From Octopus vulgaris (lineage: Eukaryota): a stretch of 64,000 bases of DNA. The stretch's first letter is position 1, and each line of letters opens with the position of its first letter. Shown piece by piece: positions 40,551 to 55,111 of this stretch. Location: NCBI GenBank assembly GCA_951406725.2, contig OX597839.1, positions 39,246,001 to 39,310,000 on the forward strand, in the 5' to 3' direction. The position numbers were made by a program, and so were the translations under genes. The notes under the pieces were generated by a model, which made no database searches, was not told the DNA's origin, and saw only the letters and a program-made list of their open reading frames with translations.

Positions 40551-41197
40551 AGGGGTATACTGCAATTCGTAAAAAGGCAATGAAACAAAAGTGTTTTCAC
40601 TAAGTACCAAGTTAATAAAGTGATGGAGAGGAAGAGGTAGAACAAGAGCAGGAAGTGGGTGGTATCAGGGATGATGACACTGGAGAGTGGTCAGTGGGCT
40701 AGTAACAAAGTAAAGGGTGGTGGTGGTGGCATTTGTGATGGAGATGAAGGGCAGTGGTAGCTAGTCTTTGGGTGCTGATTTTTCTTACCCAAAGATTCCA
40801 AGAGAGAGCTCCTTGCGACAATGTCTGAATCAGCAGGGGATGTAGCTTCAGGAGGAGTTAGAGCTTAAAGAATAAGAATTCATCATCATTATAACCGTTT
40901 GTGAAAATATATATATATTAAGAAAGCATTGCTACATATGTTTCCAGATGACATGTGTTTCTTTGTGACTACATTCTCATGTCCATAGGATGCTATTAAA
41001 GATTATTTATAATACACACACACAAACATAAATATATATGTGGAGTGGCTGTGTGGTAAGTAGCTTGCTTACCAACCACATGGTTCCGGGTTCAATCCCA
41101 CTGCCTGGCACCTTCGGCAAGTGTCTTCTACTATAGTCTCGGGCTGACCAAAGCCTTGTGAGTGGGTTTGGTAGACGGAAACTGAAAGAAGCCCATC

Positions 41198-41232
<35 letters not shown>

Positions 41233-42844
41233 TGTGTATGTTTGTGTGTCTGTGTTTTTCCCCCTAGCATTGCTTGACAACCGATGCTGGTGTGCTTACG
41301 TCCCCGTTACTTAACGGTTCGGCAAAAGAGACCGATAGAATAAGTACTGGGCTTACAAAGAATAAGTCCTGGGGTCGATTTGCTCGAATAAAGGCGGTAT
41401 TCCAGCATGGCCGCAGTCAGATGACTGAAACAAGTAAAAGAGTAAAAAAAAGAGAGTAATATATATATGTATGAGAGAAATTATGATAAACACAAGTGTA
41501 CTCTTTTACTTGTTTCAGTCATTTGACTGTAGCCATGCTGGAGCACCACCTTTAGTTGAAGAAATCAACCCCAGGACTTATTCTTTGTAAGCCTAGTACT
41601 TATTCTATCGGTCTCTTTTGCCGAACTGCTAAGTTACAGGGACGTAAACACACCAGCATCGGTTGTCAAGCAATGTTGGGGGACAAACACAGACACACAA
41701 ACATATACCCACACATACATATATATATATATATATACATACATATATACAACAAGCTTCTTTCAGTTTCCGTCTACCAAATCCACTCACAAGGCTTTGG
41801 TCGACCCGAGGCTATAGTAGAAGACACTTGGTAAGCATCGGTTGTCAAGCAATGTTGGGGAACAAACACATATATATATATATATAATTATATATATACA
41901 TATATACAACGAGCTTCTTTCAGTTTCCGTCTACCAAATCCACATAATGGTGAAACGTATGTAAGAACTAATGATACGAACTTGTGTTTATAATAATCTC
42001 TCATATTTCGTAACAAGTAAGACAATCTACTCTCTTTACTTGTTTCAGTCATTTGACTGCGGCCATGCTGGAGCACCACCTTTATTTGAGCAAATCGACC
42101 CCGGGACTTATTCTTTGTAAGCCCAGTACTTATTCTATCAGTCTCTTTTGCCGAACCGCTACGTGATGGGGACGTAAACACACCAATAGGGGTATACCGC
42201 AATTTGTAAAAAGGCAATGAAACAAAAGTGTTTTCACTAAGTACCAAGTTAATAAAGTGACGGAGAGGAAGAGGGAGAACGAGAGCAGGAAGTGGGTGGT
42301 ATCAAGGATGATGACACTGGAGAGTGGTCAGTGGGCTAGTAGCAAAGTAAAGGGTGGTGGTAGCATTTGTGATGGAGATGAAGGGCAGAGGTAGTAGCTA
42401 GTCTTTGGGTGCTGATTTTTCTTACCCAAAGATTCCAAGAGAGAGCTCCTTGCAACAATGTCTGAATCAGCAGGGGATGTAGCTTCAGGAGGAGTTAGAG
42501 CTTAAAGAATAAGAATTCATCATCATTATAATCGTTTGTGAAAATATATATATTAAGAAAGCATTGCTACATATGTTTCCAGATGACAAGTGTTTCTTTG
42601 TGACTACATTCTCACATCCATAGGATGCTATTAAAGATTATTTATAATACACACACACAAACATAAATATATATGTGGAGTGGCTGTGTGGTAAGTAGCT
42701 TGCTTACCAACCACATGGTTCCGGGTTCAGTCCCACTGCGTGGCACCTTGCGCAAGTGTCTTCTACTATAGTCTCGGGCCGACCAAAGCCTTGTGAGTGG
42801 ATTTGGTAGACAGAAACCGAAAGAAGCTCGTCGTATATATGTAC

Positions 42845-42876
<32 letters not shown>

Positions 42877-44000
42877 ATGTTTGTGTGTCTGTGTTTGTCC
42901 CCCTAGCATTGCTTGACAACCGATATCGGCAAAAGAGACCGATAGAATAAGTACTGGGCTTACAAAGAATAAGTCCTGGGGTCGATTTGCTTGACTTAAT
43001 GCGGTGCTCCAGCATGGCCGCAGTCAAATGACTGAAACAACTAAAAGAGTAAAAAAAAAGAGTAATATATATATTAAAGGCAGTGCTCCAGCATGGCCAC
43101 AGTCAAATGACTGAAACAAGTAAAAGAGTATATGTATGAGAGAAATTATGAGAAACACAAGTGTACTCTTTTACTTGTTTCAGTCATTTGAATGTGGCCA
43201 TGCTGGAGCACTGCCTTTTGTCGAGCTAATCGACCTCAGGACTTATTCTTTGTAAGCCTAGTGCTTATTCTATCGGTCTCTTTTGCCGAACCAATAATTT
43301 ACGGGGACGTAAACACACCAGCATCGGTTGTCAAGCAATGTTGGGGAACAAACACAGACACACAAACATACACACACACACACATATATACATATATACA
43401 TATATATGACAATCTTCTTTCAGTTTTCGTCTACCAAATCCACTCACAAGGCTTTGGTTGACACAAGGCTATAGTAGAAGACACTATTCCAAGGTGCCAC
43501 GCAGTGGGACTGAACCCAGAACCCAGAACCACTCCTGCTCCTATATTATTAGTTTCTACATATATTTCACAATTATGGTCTCTTGGAATCTTACATTGGA
43601 TGTTTCAAGAGCATATGGATGTTTAACCAGGACAAATGATCAAGGAACACTTTATGGCATTAAATTACAGAGAACTGATGTAACTTAATGCAAATAAGTG
43701 TTCCCTGGTGATCCACTCTGTTTAAGCCTCTAAATTCTCTTGGGACATGCAATGTAGGGTTCCAAGCACTCATAATGGTGAAACGTAAGTAAGAACTAAT
43801 GATACGAACTTGTGTTTATAATAATCTCTCATATTTCGTAACAAGTAAGACAATCTACTCTCTTTACTTGTTTCAGTCATTTGACTGTGGCCATGCTGGA
43901 GCACCGCCTTTAGTTGAGCAAATCAACCCCGGGACTTATTCTTTGTAAGCCCAGTCTCTATCGGTCTCTTTGCCGAACCGCTAAGTGATGGGGATGTAGA
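40551..44000. repeat. Local tandem segmental duplication
   Basis: 40551-41830 matches 42188-43480, and 41941-42185 matches 43770-44007, including non-repetitive sequence. Confidence 0.9.
41042..41830. mobile_element. Tail-to-tail family-A SINE pair (41042-41457 +, 41500-41830 -)
   Basis: Opposite orientations with a ~45-bp spacer. Duplicated at 42677-43540. Confidence 0.9.
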
Positions 44001-45705
44001 CACACCAGCATCGGTTGTCAAGCAATGCTAGGGGGACAAACACAGACACACAAACATATACACACACACACATATATATATATACATATATACGACGAGC
44101 TTCTTTCAGTTTCCGTCTAACAAATCCACTCACAAGGCTTTGGTTGGCCCGAGGCTATAGTAGAAGACACTTGCCCAAGATGCCACGCAGTGGGACTGAA
44201 CCCGGAACCATGTGGTTGGTAAGCAAGCTACTTACCACACAGCCACTCCTGCGCCTGTATTTCGTAACAAGACAATTAGGACAGTAGCCACTTAACCTGT
44301 ATACTAGAAGCAGACTGGACTAAGACGGTCTATGTGGAGCTCCAAACTTAACAGTAGCAGTTGTACATTTATTTTACACAAGATATAATACACACACACA
44401 CACTATATACTATACACACAAGATAAACAAACACATGCATACACACACACACACACAGAAGCCCATTAGCTGTTTGTTAATGGTATCACTACTTAAAGAT
44501 TGTTATAAAACATGAATGTATTTGTGTTGTTGTTATACATAGTATTGTAAAAATACAAGAATAAAATGTGAAAATTAGTCCATGATAGAATAACTGTATG
44601 TGTGTGTGTGTGCGAAATAGAACAAAAAAACCCAAAAATAACAAAAGTACAAGATAATTGTTCATAGTTAATATTGTCAGGTGAACAGAGAAAGATGAAG
44701 TTATATTTTTGGTGATATTTCTTCTTCAGATACTAAAGGGAAAACCCAGGAGAGACAGGGAAGAAAAGGAAAAGAAGAAAGAAGATTAAAAAAAAAAGAA
44801 GAGAGGCACAGGAGTGGCTGTGTGGTAAGTGGCTTGCTAACCAACCACATGGTTCCGGGTTCAGTCCCACTGCGTGGCACCTTGGGTAAGTGTCTTCTAC
44901 TATAGCCTCGGACCGACCAAAGCCTTGTGAGTGGATTTGGTAGACGGAAACTGAAAAGAAGCCCGTTGTATATATGTATATATATGTGTGTGTGTGTGTG
45001 TGTTTGTGTGTCTGTGTTTGTCCCCCTAGCATTGCTTGACAACCGATGCTGGTGTGTTTATGTCCCCGTCACTTAGCGGTTCGGCAAAAGAGACCGATAG
45101 AATAAGTACTGGGCTTACAAAAGAATAAGTCCCGGGGTCGATTTGCTCAACTAAAGGCGGTGCTCCAGCATGGCCGGAGTAAAATGACTGAAACAAGTAA
45201 AAAAGAGAAAAGAGAGAGTCAGATAAAAAAAACAGATGTAGATTTGAAGTCCATGTTTGTCAAAATTTTCATTTTCTGGAAACGGCAACGGAAAAGCCGT
45301 GACGTGAAATGAATGAACAAAAAGTTACTTTTTATCTCTTATCTTTGTTTTCCTGGTTTCGGTCACTAGACTGTGGCCATGCTGGAACTATATTTTTGAA
45401 TGGTTTCAGTTGAACAAATCCACCACCCCCGGTACTTAATCCTAAGTCTGGCACGTAATCTCTTGGTGTCTTTTTGCCAAACCATTGTTACAGGGGACAA
45501 ACTGACGCAAATAGGTCACTTATCATCATTGTCATTTAATGTCCGTCTTCCATACTGGCATGGATGGGTTGGACGTTTTGACAGGAGTTGGCAAGCCAGG
45601 GGATTGAGCAAAGATCCACTGTTTGTTTTGGTATGGTTTTTACAACTGGATGCCCTTCAACCAATTTACAGAGAGGATTGGGGTCTTTTTACTTGGCACC
45701 AGCAG

Positions 45706-45739
<34 letters not shown>

Positions 45740-46120
45740 CACACTCTTTTACACTTTTGTTTCAGTCATTTGACTGTGGCCATGCTGGAGCACCACCTTT
45801 AGTCGAACAAATTGACCCCAGGACTTATTCTTTGTAAGCCTAGTACTTATTCTATCAGTCTCTTTTACTGAACTGCTAAGTTACAGAGACGTAAACACAC
45901 CAGCATCGGTTGTCAAGCGATGTTGGGAGGACAAACACAGACACACAAACATATATATACGATGAGCTTCTTTCAGTTTCCATCTACCAAATCCACTCAC
46001 AAGGCTTTGGTTGGACCAAGACTATAGTAGTAGACACTTGCCCAAGGTGCCACGCAGTGGGACTGACCCCGGAACCATGTGGTTGGTAAGCAAGCTACTA
46101 ACCACAGCCACTCCTGTGCC
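43857..46120. mobile_element. Three alternating family-A SINEs (43857-44255 -, 44804-45210 +, 45755-46120 -)
   Basis: Full-length matches to the family. Confidence 0.85.
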
Positions 46121-48019
46121 TGTGTGTATTTATGTATAAAATAGTTATATATATATATATATATATACTTTATTTAAAACAGCAGAAAATTCAACAAAAC
46201 CTGAGCAAAAACTGTCTGATGAACGGCAACGGGTAACAGGTTTTGTTGAATTTTCTGCTGCTTTAAATAAAGCATATTACTCTACCACTGGTATTTGAGT
46301 ACTCTTTTTTCCACCTTGTTTCACATTTATGTGTTTACTCCGGTATATATATATATATATATGCTATATAGGTAGGTTAATGAAACATGTGTAATGGCAA
46401 ATAAATAATGCCAATATATTTTCCAACTTCCAATATTAAGATTGGTAGATAGTTAAGTAGATAGACAGAAATGTACAAAAGTATATGTCTACTCATATAT
46501 TTAATGGAACAACTATTTTATACATAAATACACACATCCATATATTTGAGCTAACTACTCATATATATATGAGCTGTTATGTTTAATATATATATGGGTG
46601 TATATGCACACCCCGCATATATTAAAAACACACACACACACACACATAATTATCAACTGATTTGGAGATTCCACTTACTGACACAAAACAGACACAAGAG
46701 ACTCAACAATCACAACAACAATCACAGCAACAACCACATACACACACACATACATACCACCACCACTACCACCGGTGCCACCATCAACTTAAACCTCACC
46801 ACAACCTCCCCTTTCTCCACCTCCAACCCACCCCATCATATAAGCCAGTCTAAACAAATACCACTAAATCAATAGACATTTTTTTTTTGATTTTTTTTTG
46901 CAGTAAAAACAATCAGTTTAGATCAGATGATCAAAGAAGTAATATCGAATTGATGAAGGGGTGGGGTGGGGGTGGCAGATGGGGTAGGGGGTGGCTGTAG
47001 AAAATGGCTGAGCAGGGTGGTTGTGGAATGGTTGTAGGAGGTAGCTGTAGAGTGGCACAGCAGAGTGTTATGGGGTGGCAATAAGGTGGCTGTAGAAATG
47101 GCAGGGCGCGGTGAGTGCGGGTGGTTGGGTGGATGTAAGTGGTGTATGGAGGGCAGGGTAGTGTGTAGGGATGGTCAGGTGGTTGCAGCGGGGGGTGGGG
47201 TGGTATATGGAGGATGTGGGTGGTTGGATGGATGTAAGCGGTGTATATGGAGGGTGTGGGTGGTTGGGTGGATGCAAGGGGTGCATGAAGGGTAGGGTGG
47301 GTTTTAGAGATGGCAGGATGGGGTAAGTATAGGGGTGTAGTTTGGGGGTGGTTGTAGAGATGGCAAGGTGGGACTTGGGGTTATATGGGGAAGGGGGGGC
47401 AGATGGCTAGGGGAGGAAAGTGTGTGGATGGTAGGGTTGTCAGGGTGGTGTGCATGTAATGTTCATGATATTGAAAGGTGGCTGTGAAGATGGTTGAATG
47501 TGGGTGGTCATATGGTGGAAAGGATGACAGAAGATGGTGATTGGATGGCCAAGTCTGATTGGTCAGGTGACAATTGGAGGGAATCTCCCTTAAATTCCCA
47601 CCCTACTATTAAACAAAAAGAAACAAAAACAGAGATGGTCACAGTTGGATTGTCTTTCAGCATAGATTTGTTCTGTGAAGACTGACATGAATGATGCTAG
47701 ACAACATCAACACACCGAGACAAGAATTGTCTGTGTGTGGGGTGGTGGTAGTGATGGTGGTGGGTGTATATGGTGATGTGGTCTGCTAGAAATCATAAAC
47801 GCCAAAATCTCCCTTTGAAGGACATCTTGTCATCTTCACAAAAAAGGACACGTTAGTTAATGTGATCCCAGATATGCTGTCTAAAACTAAAATAAACAAG
47901 GGGTGGTCATGGCCAGAATGTCTCTGTGTCATAGAGCTGTTTGATCTGAGGTGACCCTAGTAGAGGAACAAAAATATATTCTTAACATAAAAGACAGCAG
48001 GGAGGTTGTGAAAGGGGGA

Positions 48020-48194
48020 TGAGGAAGAGGGGAGAGATAGAGAAAGGGAGAGAGATAGAGGGACAGTGAGAGGCGAGAGACGAAGAGAAGTGAGAGTGAG
48101 ACATAGGAGAGAAAAAGAGGAAGAGAGAGAGAGGAAGGAGAAAAAGAGTGAGAGAGAGTCAGTGAGAGGTGAGAGTGAAAAAGAGAAGGAGAAG

Positions 48195-48230
<36 letters not shown>

Positions 48231-48900
48231 GAAAAAGAGTCAGTGAGAGGTGAGAGACAGAGAGGTGAGAGACAGAGACGTGAGAGTGAGACACAGAAGA
48301 GAGAGAAAGGTGAAAAAGAGTGAGAGAGAGTCAGTGAGAGGTGAGAGACAAAGAGACGTGAGAGTGAGACACAGAAGAGAGAAAAACAGAAAGGAGAGAG
48401 GAGGAATAGAGAGAGGGAGAGATTGAGAGGTGAAAAAGAGAGGAAGAAGTATGTGTGAGAGAGAGAGACAGAGAGAGAGAGAAAGGTGAAAAAGAGAAGG
48501 AGGTGTGCATGTGTGTGTGTGTGTGTGTGTGTGTGAGTGAGTGAGTGAGTGAGAGAGAGAAGGAAAAGGTGGAGAGGAAGTTAAAGAGCTACTGTGAAAA
48601 ATATTTACATAAATCGAATAATTACTACAGAAAAATATCAAAAAAAAAAAAAAAGAAAATTATAAGAAATGAAAGAAAAAAAGGAAGAGGTAAAAATGTC
48701 AAAATCAAATTTATATTTTCTGACGATGATGATGGTAATGATGATGATAATGGTGATGATGATAATGATGATGATGGTAATGATGATAACAATGATGATG
48801 ATGATAATGGTGATGATGATGGTAATGATGATAACAATGATGATAATGGTGATGATGATGGTAATGATGATGATGATGATGGTGGTTGTGGTGTTGGTAG
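48020..48900. repeat. (GA)n-rich purine tract followed by (GAT/AAT)n array
   Basis: Directly visible low complexity, with ~80-90-bp internal duplication in the GA tract. Confidence 0.9.
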
Positions 48901-50525
48901 TAATTCTGAGAGATGCTTTGTTTTGTTAGTGGGTTTTTTTCCTCAGTAGTTTTCCTTTTCTCCAACTATTTATCAACACAAAAACATTGAACAGACTACT
49001 AGGTGTGTGTATGTGTATGTGTATGCTTCTATCTGTACGTATATGCATACACAAACAAATGCATAATGAGTGCATATGGATATGTGTGTGTGTGTATATA
49101 CATACATACATATATTTATGTATATATATATATATACACACACACACATACAAGTGCTTGAACAAGTATATGAACTCACAAGTTGGTGTATATACATAGA
49201 TATATTTATTTGTATATGAATATAGTGATATACAGAGATGCATAAAGGGGTGTGTGTGTGTGTATATGTATGTATGTGTGTATATATATATACACACATA
49301 AATGTACATGTACATATATGTATTTCTTCGCATATCAGTATATACACATAGATTAATGCCTACATATAGATGTGTATAAATGGATATAGATATATATAGA
49401 TGAAAAAGATGTGTCTGTGAATGTGTATATATATGTGTGCGTATGGAAAAAAAAAAAAAATATATATATAAATATTATATATATGTATACATATATATGT
49501 ATGTATGTATATACACACACACATGAATCAAAATAGTATCTAAGAAATACCTCTACAATACAAGGAACTAAAATAAGTGTAAACAGAATCAAAACCAAAG
49601 TCTCAGAAGAACAAAAGTTGGTATTTTTAACTTGTAATTTAATATTTTGGATTAAAAAAACTCCTTATCAAGAAAATAGATTACAAACTACTTCTGTCTG
49701 CATGGATCAAAATAACTTATCTCAATACGTTATTCTGATCTATGCAGATGAAGTTAGCTAGTCCTTTATTTTCTTGATAAGGGGCGGATTTAATCCAAAA
49801 TATTGAAATAAATTTAAAAACACAGACCACTGAGTAAGTTTTGCTCATACTAAAACTCCTTTATTTCCCAAAATTTCATTGTATCGGGATGATGCTGGGT
49901 CACTGGTTTCAACGGTTTTAGTACTTATACATTTTCCCCCCTTTTTTAAAAGTCTGATACTTATTTTATCAGCCTCTTTCGCTGAACTGTTAAGTCATGG
50001 AATGGTGATGATGAACACAGAAACAGACACACACACCATAAGTATATGTGTAAGTATGTATATATATATCACCATGACCGACCAGGCTATCAGATGTTGC
50101 TACACACACACACACACAATGAGCCTCTACACTGGGCCATTGCACCTCCACACATACATATTGGCTAGCCTGGAACTAAAATAGAAGACACTTTCCCAGT
50201 GTGCCACACAATGCCACCGAACTTGACCACATGGTTGCAGAGCTAGCTTCTTAACCATGCAACAATACATATGCACTATAAATATATATATATATATATA
50301 ACTCCAAACTTACAGGAGTATAACTCCAAACTTACAGGGAAAAATTCAATTTAGTATTAAATCAAATTTCACAATATAAATATATAAATACAGTGTACAT
50401 TTAATCATATAAGAGGTATCCTTCATAGGATTCCTTTCATGCTAGAAGGAACAGCTAAAGTCCAAACCATTATTAGGGATAAAAACTCGAAGGAAGGGAA
50501 AAATAAAAACATTTACCATCTATCT

Positions 50526-50594
50526 CCTGGACTATGGTTTCAGACATTTTTTAGCAAATAAAATAATTTGCTAGGCAAAGTCTTCATCAACAGG
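50526..50594 (-). ncRNA. Type I hammerhead ribozyme motif with C3U variant, sense to the TNFR-like pre-mRNA
   Basis: Reverse complement reads cctg-TTGATGA-agac...tagcaaat/atttgcta...gtct-GAAAC-cata-GTC-cagg. All three stems form. Confidence 0.6.
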
Positions 50595-51051
50595 TACGCC
50601 TAGATTAAACATATAAGTATGAGGCAAATCCAGCATGCGCCTCTTGCTTATACATTATAATTTTTCAAATCCACTGCGCAAGAGCAGTTTTTTGTCGGCA
50701 GCACAAAATATACCTGCATTTCTTCGAACAATTTTCCAGAAAAAATTATCAATAATTAATAATATCAAGGTAAAAAAGATATCTTTATTACCCTGGTATT
50801 ATTAATTATATATATATATATCTTTTTGGAAATATTTGGCTCCAAAGATTTGTAAAAGTTCACTAATATTTTCCAAACTAAACAACTCCACAATGTTTGG
50901 CACCAAATATCAGCAGCAATCGGCATTATTTTTGGCAATATTTGGCAGTGAGCAGAGGCCATGTGTATGTTTATATATGTATATGCATGCCTCAATATAT
51001 ATATATATATGTAGGTATGAACATGACCTCAAGCAAAATTTGGTTTGATAG

Positions 51052-51099
<48 letters not shown>

Positions 51100-51984
51100 T
51101 TATATATTTGCTTATATATATATATATATATATATTATCATCATCATTTAACATCCATTTTCCATGCTGGCATGCTTTTTGTGTGTGTGTGCCCATGTCT
51201 ATATCTTTACTTATAAGTAAATATCTGTATGTATGTGTTGGTGTGTGTGTGTATGTCTAATTGTAGGAGTATGTATCTGTATATATATGTGCATATGTAT
51301 CTCTCTATATCTGTCTATCCATCTGTCAGTGTGTGTGTATACATAAGCATTTGCATATGCATAAATATACACGTATTTGTGTGCATGTATATCTATATAC
51401 CATATATACTTGACTATAAGATGCACCCCCGACTTACAAGATTCAAATAGGAAATTTTATCATTGACCTGACTATAAGATGCAGAGACTTTTTTAATGTT
51501 GGAGAACAACTGCACATTATTCGCATTCATTGGATATTTGTCCTCATTTGTTGTTAACATGTTTCGGTCTCTTTTGCTGAACCGCTAAGTTATGGGGATG
51601 CAAACACACTAGCATCGGTTGTCAAGTGATGATGGATGGACAAACACAGAGACACACATATATATATATACATATATACGATGGGTTTCTTTTCAGTTTC
51701 CGTCTACCAAACCCTGTCACACGGCTCTGGTCGGCCCAAGGCTATAGTAGAAGACACTTGCCCAAGGTGCCACGCAGTGGGACAGAATCCGGAACCATGT
51801 GGTTGGTAAGCAAGCTACTTACCACACAGCCACTCCTGCGCCTATATAGTAGAAGACATTTGCAGATGGTGCTCCACAATGGAACTGAACCAGAAGCCAC
51901 ACCTTTGCAAAATGAGCATCAAAACCTCACAGCAATGCTTAATTTCCAAAAGTTCCAAACTAACTCAAAGATTGGCAATTTCGT

Positions 51985-52268
51985 CTACCTATTTGATCTC
52001 CATGTGTCTAACACACGTGGACATGCCTACAAAGTCAGAAAACAACACAGCTCCCATGACTTTCGGAAACATTTTTTCACGCTCAGAGTTGCTGAAGCAT
52101 GGAATAAACTGCCTGCGTCAGTTGTTGACTGCCATGACACTGCATCCTTTAAGGACCTCATGCTTTCCGAAATCCGCCGAAACTACACCTGATTATATAT
52201 ACACTTTAGATGAGTTGTAGTGCACCTGAGCACTGTACACAATGTTTTATTATTATTATTATTATTAT
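51985..52268 (+). mobile_element. CR1-type LINE 3' fragment
   Basis: NTRGHAYKVRKQHSSHDFRKHFFTLRVAEAWNKLPASVV then 3' UTR and (TTA)n tail. Same family as 1600-1940. Confidence 0.85.
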
Positions 52269-52943
52269 TTATTATGGCACTTCTCAAACTTATTTTAAAA
52301 TTAGGAAGACTGCTCTAATATAGATTAACTTACAATGAAAATTATGATTCATCATCATCATCATCATCGTTTAACGTCCGCTTTCCATGCTAGCATGGGT
52401 TGGACGGTTCAACTGGGGTCTGGGAAGCCCGAAGGCTGCACCAGGCCAGTCAGATGTGGCAGTGTTTCTACAGCTGGATGCCCTTCCTAACGCCAACCAC
52501 TCCGAGAGTGTAGTGGGTGATTTTATGTGCCAGACGAGGCTGGCAGACGGCCACGCTCGGATGGTGTTTTTTATGTGCCACCGACACAGGTGCCAGACGA
52601 GGCTGGCAGACGGCCACGCTCGGATATCAATTATAATTATGACTGGAATGTTTGAGAGAAAAAATTAAAATTGGAAATGCTTCATAAATAATGTAGATTT
52701 TTTTCAAATAGTCTACCAAAATTATGATGATTTGTAACTCAACTGACGACAGAAAGCTCTTTGAATGACCCATCCTTGTTTTTTCCTGTCCTTTGTTTCG
52801 TCTAAATAACTGAATGCTTTGTTGTTGCCTGTTGTGTTCTGGTTCCATTTTTTGTTTTGTTTATATATACATATTAGCAGCGTATAATACACTTTTGGTC
52901 TCCTGTATGTATGTATGTGTGTGTGTGTGTATATATATATATG

Positions 52944-53128
52944 TGACCTCGTGTGTACCGTTGGCGATTTTTTTCCCTCTGTCTTCCCTTCTCCTATGTT
53001 TCCGACGAAGAGCTCTGCTCGAAACATTAAACCCTCCTTCTTTCCTGAGCATCCAATAATACTATATTTGTTCCACGTCCTCGCATTGTTGTGTTTTCTC
53101 TTTGTGTTTTCTAGTTTGGATTAACTAT
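52944..53128 (+). mobile_element. Short Penelope-like remnant with hammerhead-like variant (inverted copy 56933-57105)
   Basis: gttt-CCGACGA-agagctctgctc-GAAAC-att-aaac at 52998-53032. The copy at 57026-57060 (-) has GAAACGTT. Flanked by (TA)n. Confidence 0.5.
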
Positions 53129-54061
53129 ATATAAGTATATATATATATGGTTAAGCATATTTACACGAGAATAAAAAGATTTTGCTGAGTCTATGTATGT
53201 AGTTATCTATGTGTGTGTAGACAGATAAAAAGACCATTTGTGTATGTGTGTGTGTGTTCATATATCTCTAATAGTATCTAAACATGTATTGGTGTGAGTA
53301 CAGCAATAAGTTATACATATGTATTGATCTATGCCAGTTTGCACATCTATATATAAAATTGTGTGTGTTTGCACTTGTATAATTAATGTTGTTTGTGTGT
53401 GCTTGTTCTATATATCTATCTATCTACCTACCTACCTATCTATCTAACAGTCTGCCTATGTATATATGTATGTATGTATCTGCCTATCTATCTATCTATC
53501 TAACAGTCTGCCTATGTATATATGTATGTATGTATGTATCTATCTATCTATCTACTTACCTACCTGTCTGTCTGCCTATGTATGTATGTATGTATGTATG
53601 TATGTATTTATGTATGTATATATGTATGTATGTATTTATGCATGTATGTATGTCCGTATGTATGTATTATGTATGCATGTATGTATCTATCTGTCTATAT
53701 AGCTATCAATCTATATGTGTGTATGAACAGGTGTTTTTAAATATGTATAAATAGTTGATTGGTTGCTATGAGTGAGTAAATAAGCGTGTTAGTATATATA
53801 TATATATATATATATACATGTGTGCAGGTGAGGTTAATATTCATAGTATGTTTGCGCGCACACATCTGTTAGACGTGTAAGTAATAGCACATTAGCATGC
53901 ACACGTGCGTGCGTGCGTGTGAGTTTGTATGTGTATTTATAACTAATTATCTTTACAGGTATACGTTTATATCATTTCATGTTTCTATATGTACTGCTCT
54001 ACAACGTGTGTGTATGCACATGTGTTTGTATGTGTAATGAGAAGTTTGTACACACATGTGC

Positions 54062-54064
<3 letters not shown>

Positions 54065-54100
<36 letters not shown>

Positions 54101-54495
54101 TGTGTATCCAGAAATGTTTATATGTATATATATATATGCATGTGTGTGTGTGTATATGTGTGTCTGCCTATCTAGAAGTTTGTATATATGTATTATATAT
54201 AAATATTGGATATGTTGTGAGTGTATGTACATATATATGCATGCATGTATGTATGTACACTATATGTATGTATGTATATATATTTATGTGTATTATATAT
54301 ATATATATATATATGCATGTCTATCCAGAAATGTTTATATGCATATATATACATATGTGTGTGAGTGTCTGCCTATCTAGAAGTTTGTATAAATATATTA
54401 TATATAAATATTGGATATGTTGTGAGTGTATGTACATATATATGCATGCATGTATGTATGTACACTATATGAATGTATGTATATATATTTATGTG

Positions 54496-54530
<35 letters not shown>

Positions 54531-54932
54531 TGTCTATCCAGAAATGTTTATATGCATATATATACATATGTGTGTGAGTGTCTGCCTATCTAGAAGTTTG
54601 TATAAATATATTATATATAAATATTGGATATGTTGTGAGTGTATGTACATATATATGCATGCATGTATGTATGTACACTATATGAATGTATGTATATATA
54701 TTTATGTGTATTATATATATATATATATATATGCATGTCTATCCAGAAATGTTTATATGTATATATATACATATGTGTGTGAGTGTCTGCCTATCTAGAA
54801 GTTTGTATAAATATATTATATATAAATATTGGATATGTTGTGAGTGTATGTACATATATATGCATGCATGTATGTATGTACACTATATGTATGTATGTAT
54901 ATATATTTATGTGTATTATATATATATATATA
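54065..54932. repeat. ~210-bp tandem repeat, four copies
   Basis: gcatgt.tatccagaaatgtttatatg at about 54098, 54315, 54528 and 54733. Length varies in the (TA)n part. Confidence 0.95.
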
Positions 54933-54943
54933 TTATAGTGTTT

Positions 54944-55077
54944 GCAGTGGTGGTGGTGGTAGTGACATTCATATGATAGTGGGAGAGAGGATGATGATGG
55001 TGGTTATGATAGTGATGATGATGGTGGTTGTGATAGTGCTGATGGTGGTGGTGTTGATGATGATGGTGGTGGTGTCT

Positions 55078-55111
<34 letters not shown>

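Noticed and set aside
48545-48965. Acidic poly-Asp and poly-His ORFs
   Set aside because: (GAT)n microsatellite, open in multiple frames, with no exon boundaries fitting the gene.
51626-52192. 188-aa ORF
   Set aside because: Chance fusion of an antisense family-A SINE and a CR1 3' fragment.
53979-54976. 269-aa repetitive ORF
   Set aside because: Product of the 210-bp microsatellite-containing tandem repeat, with no splice or domain signal.
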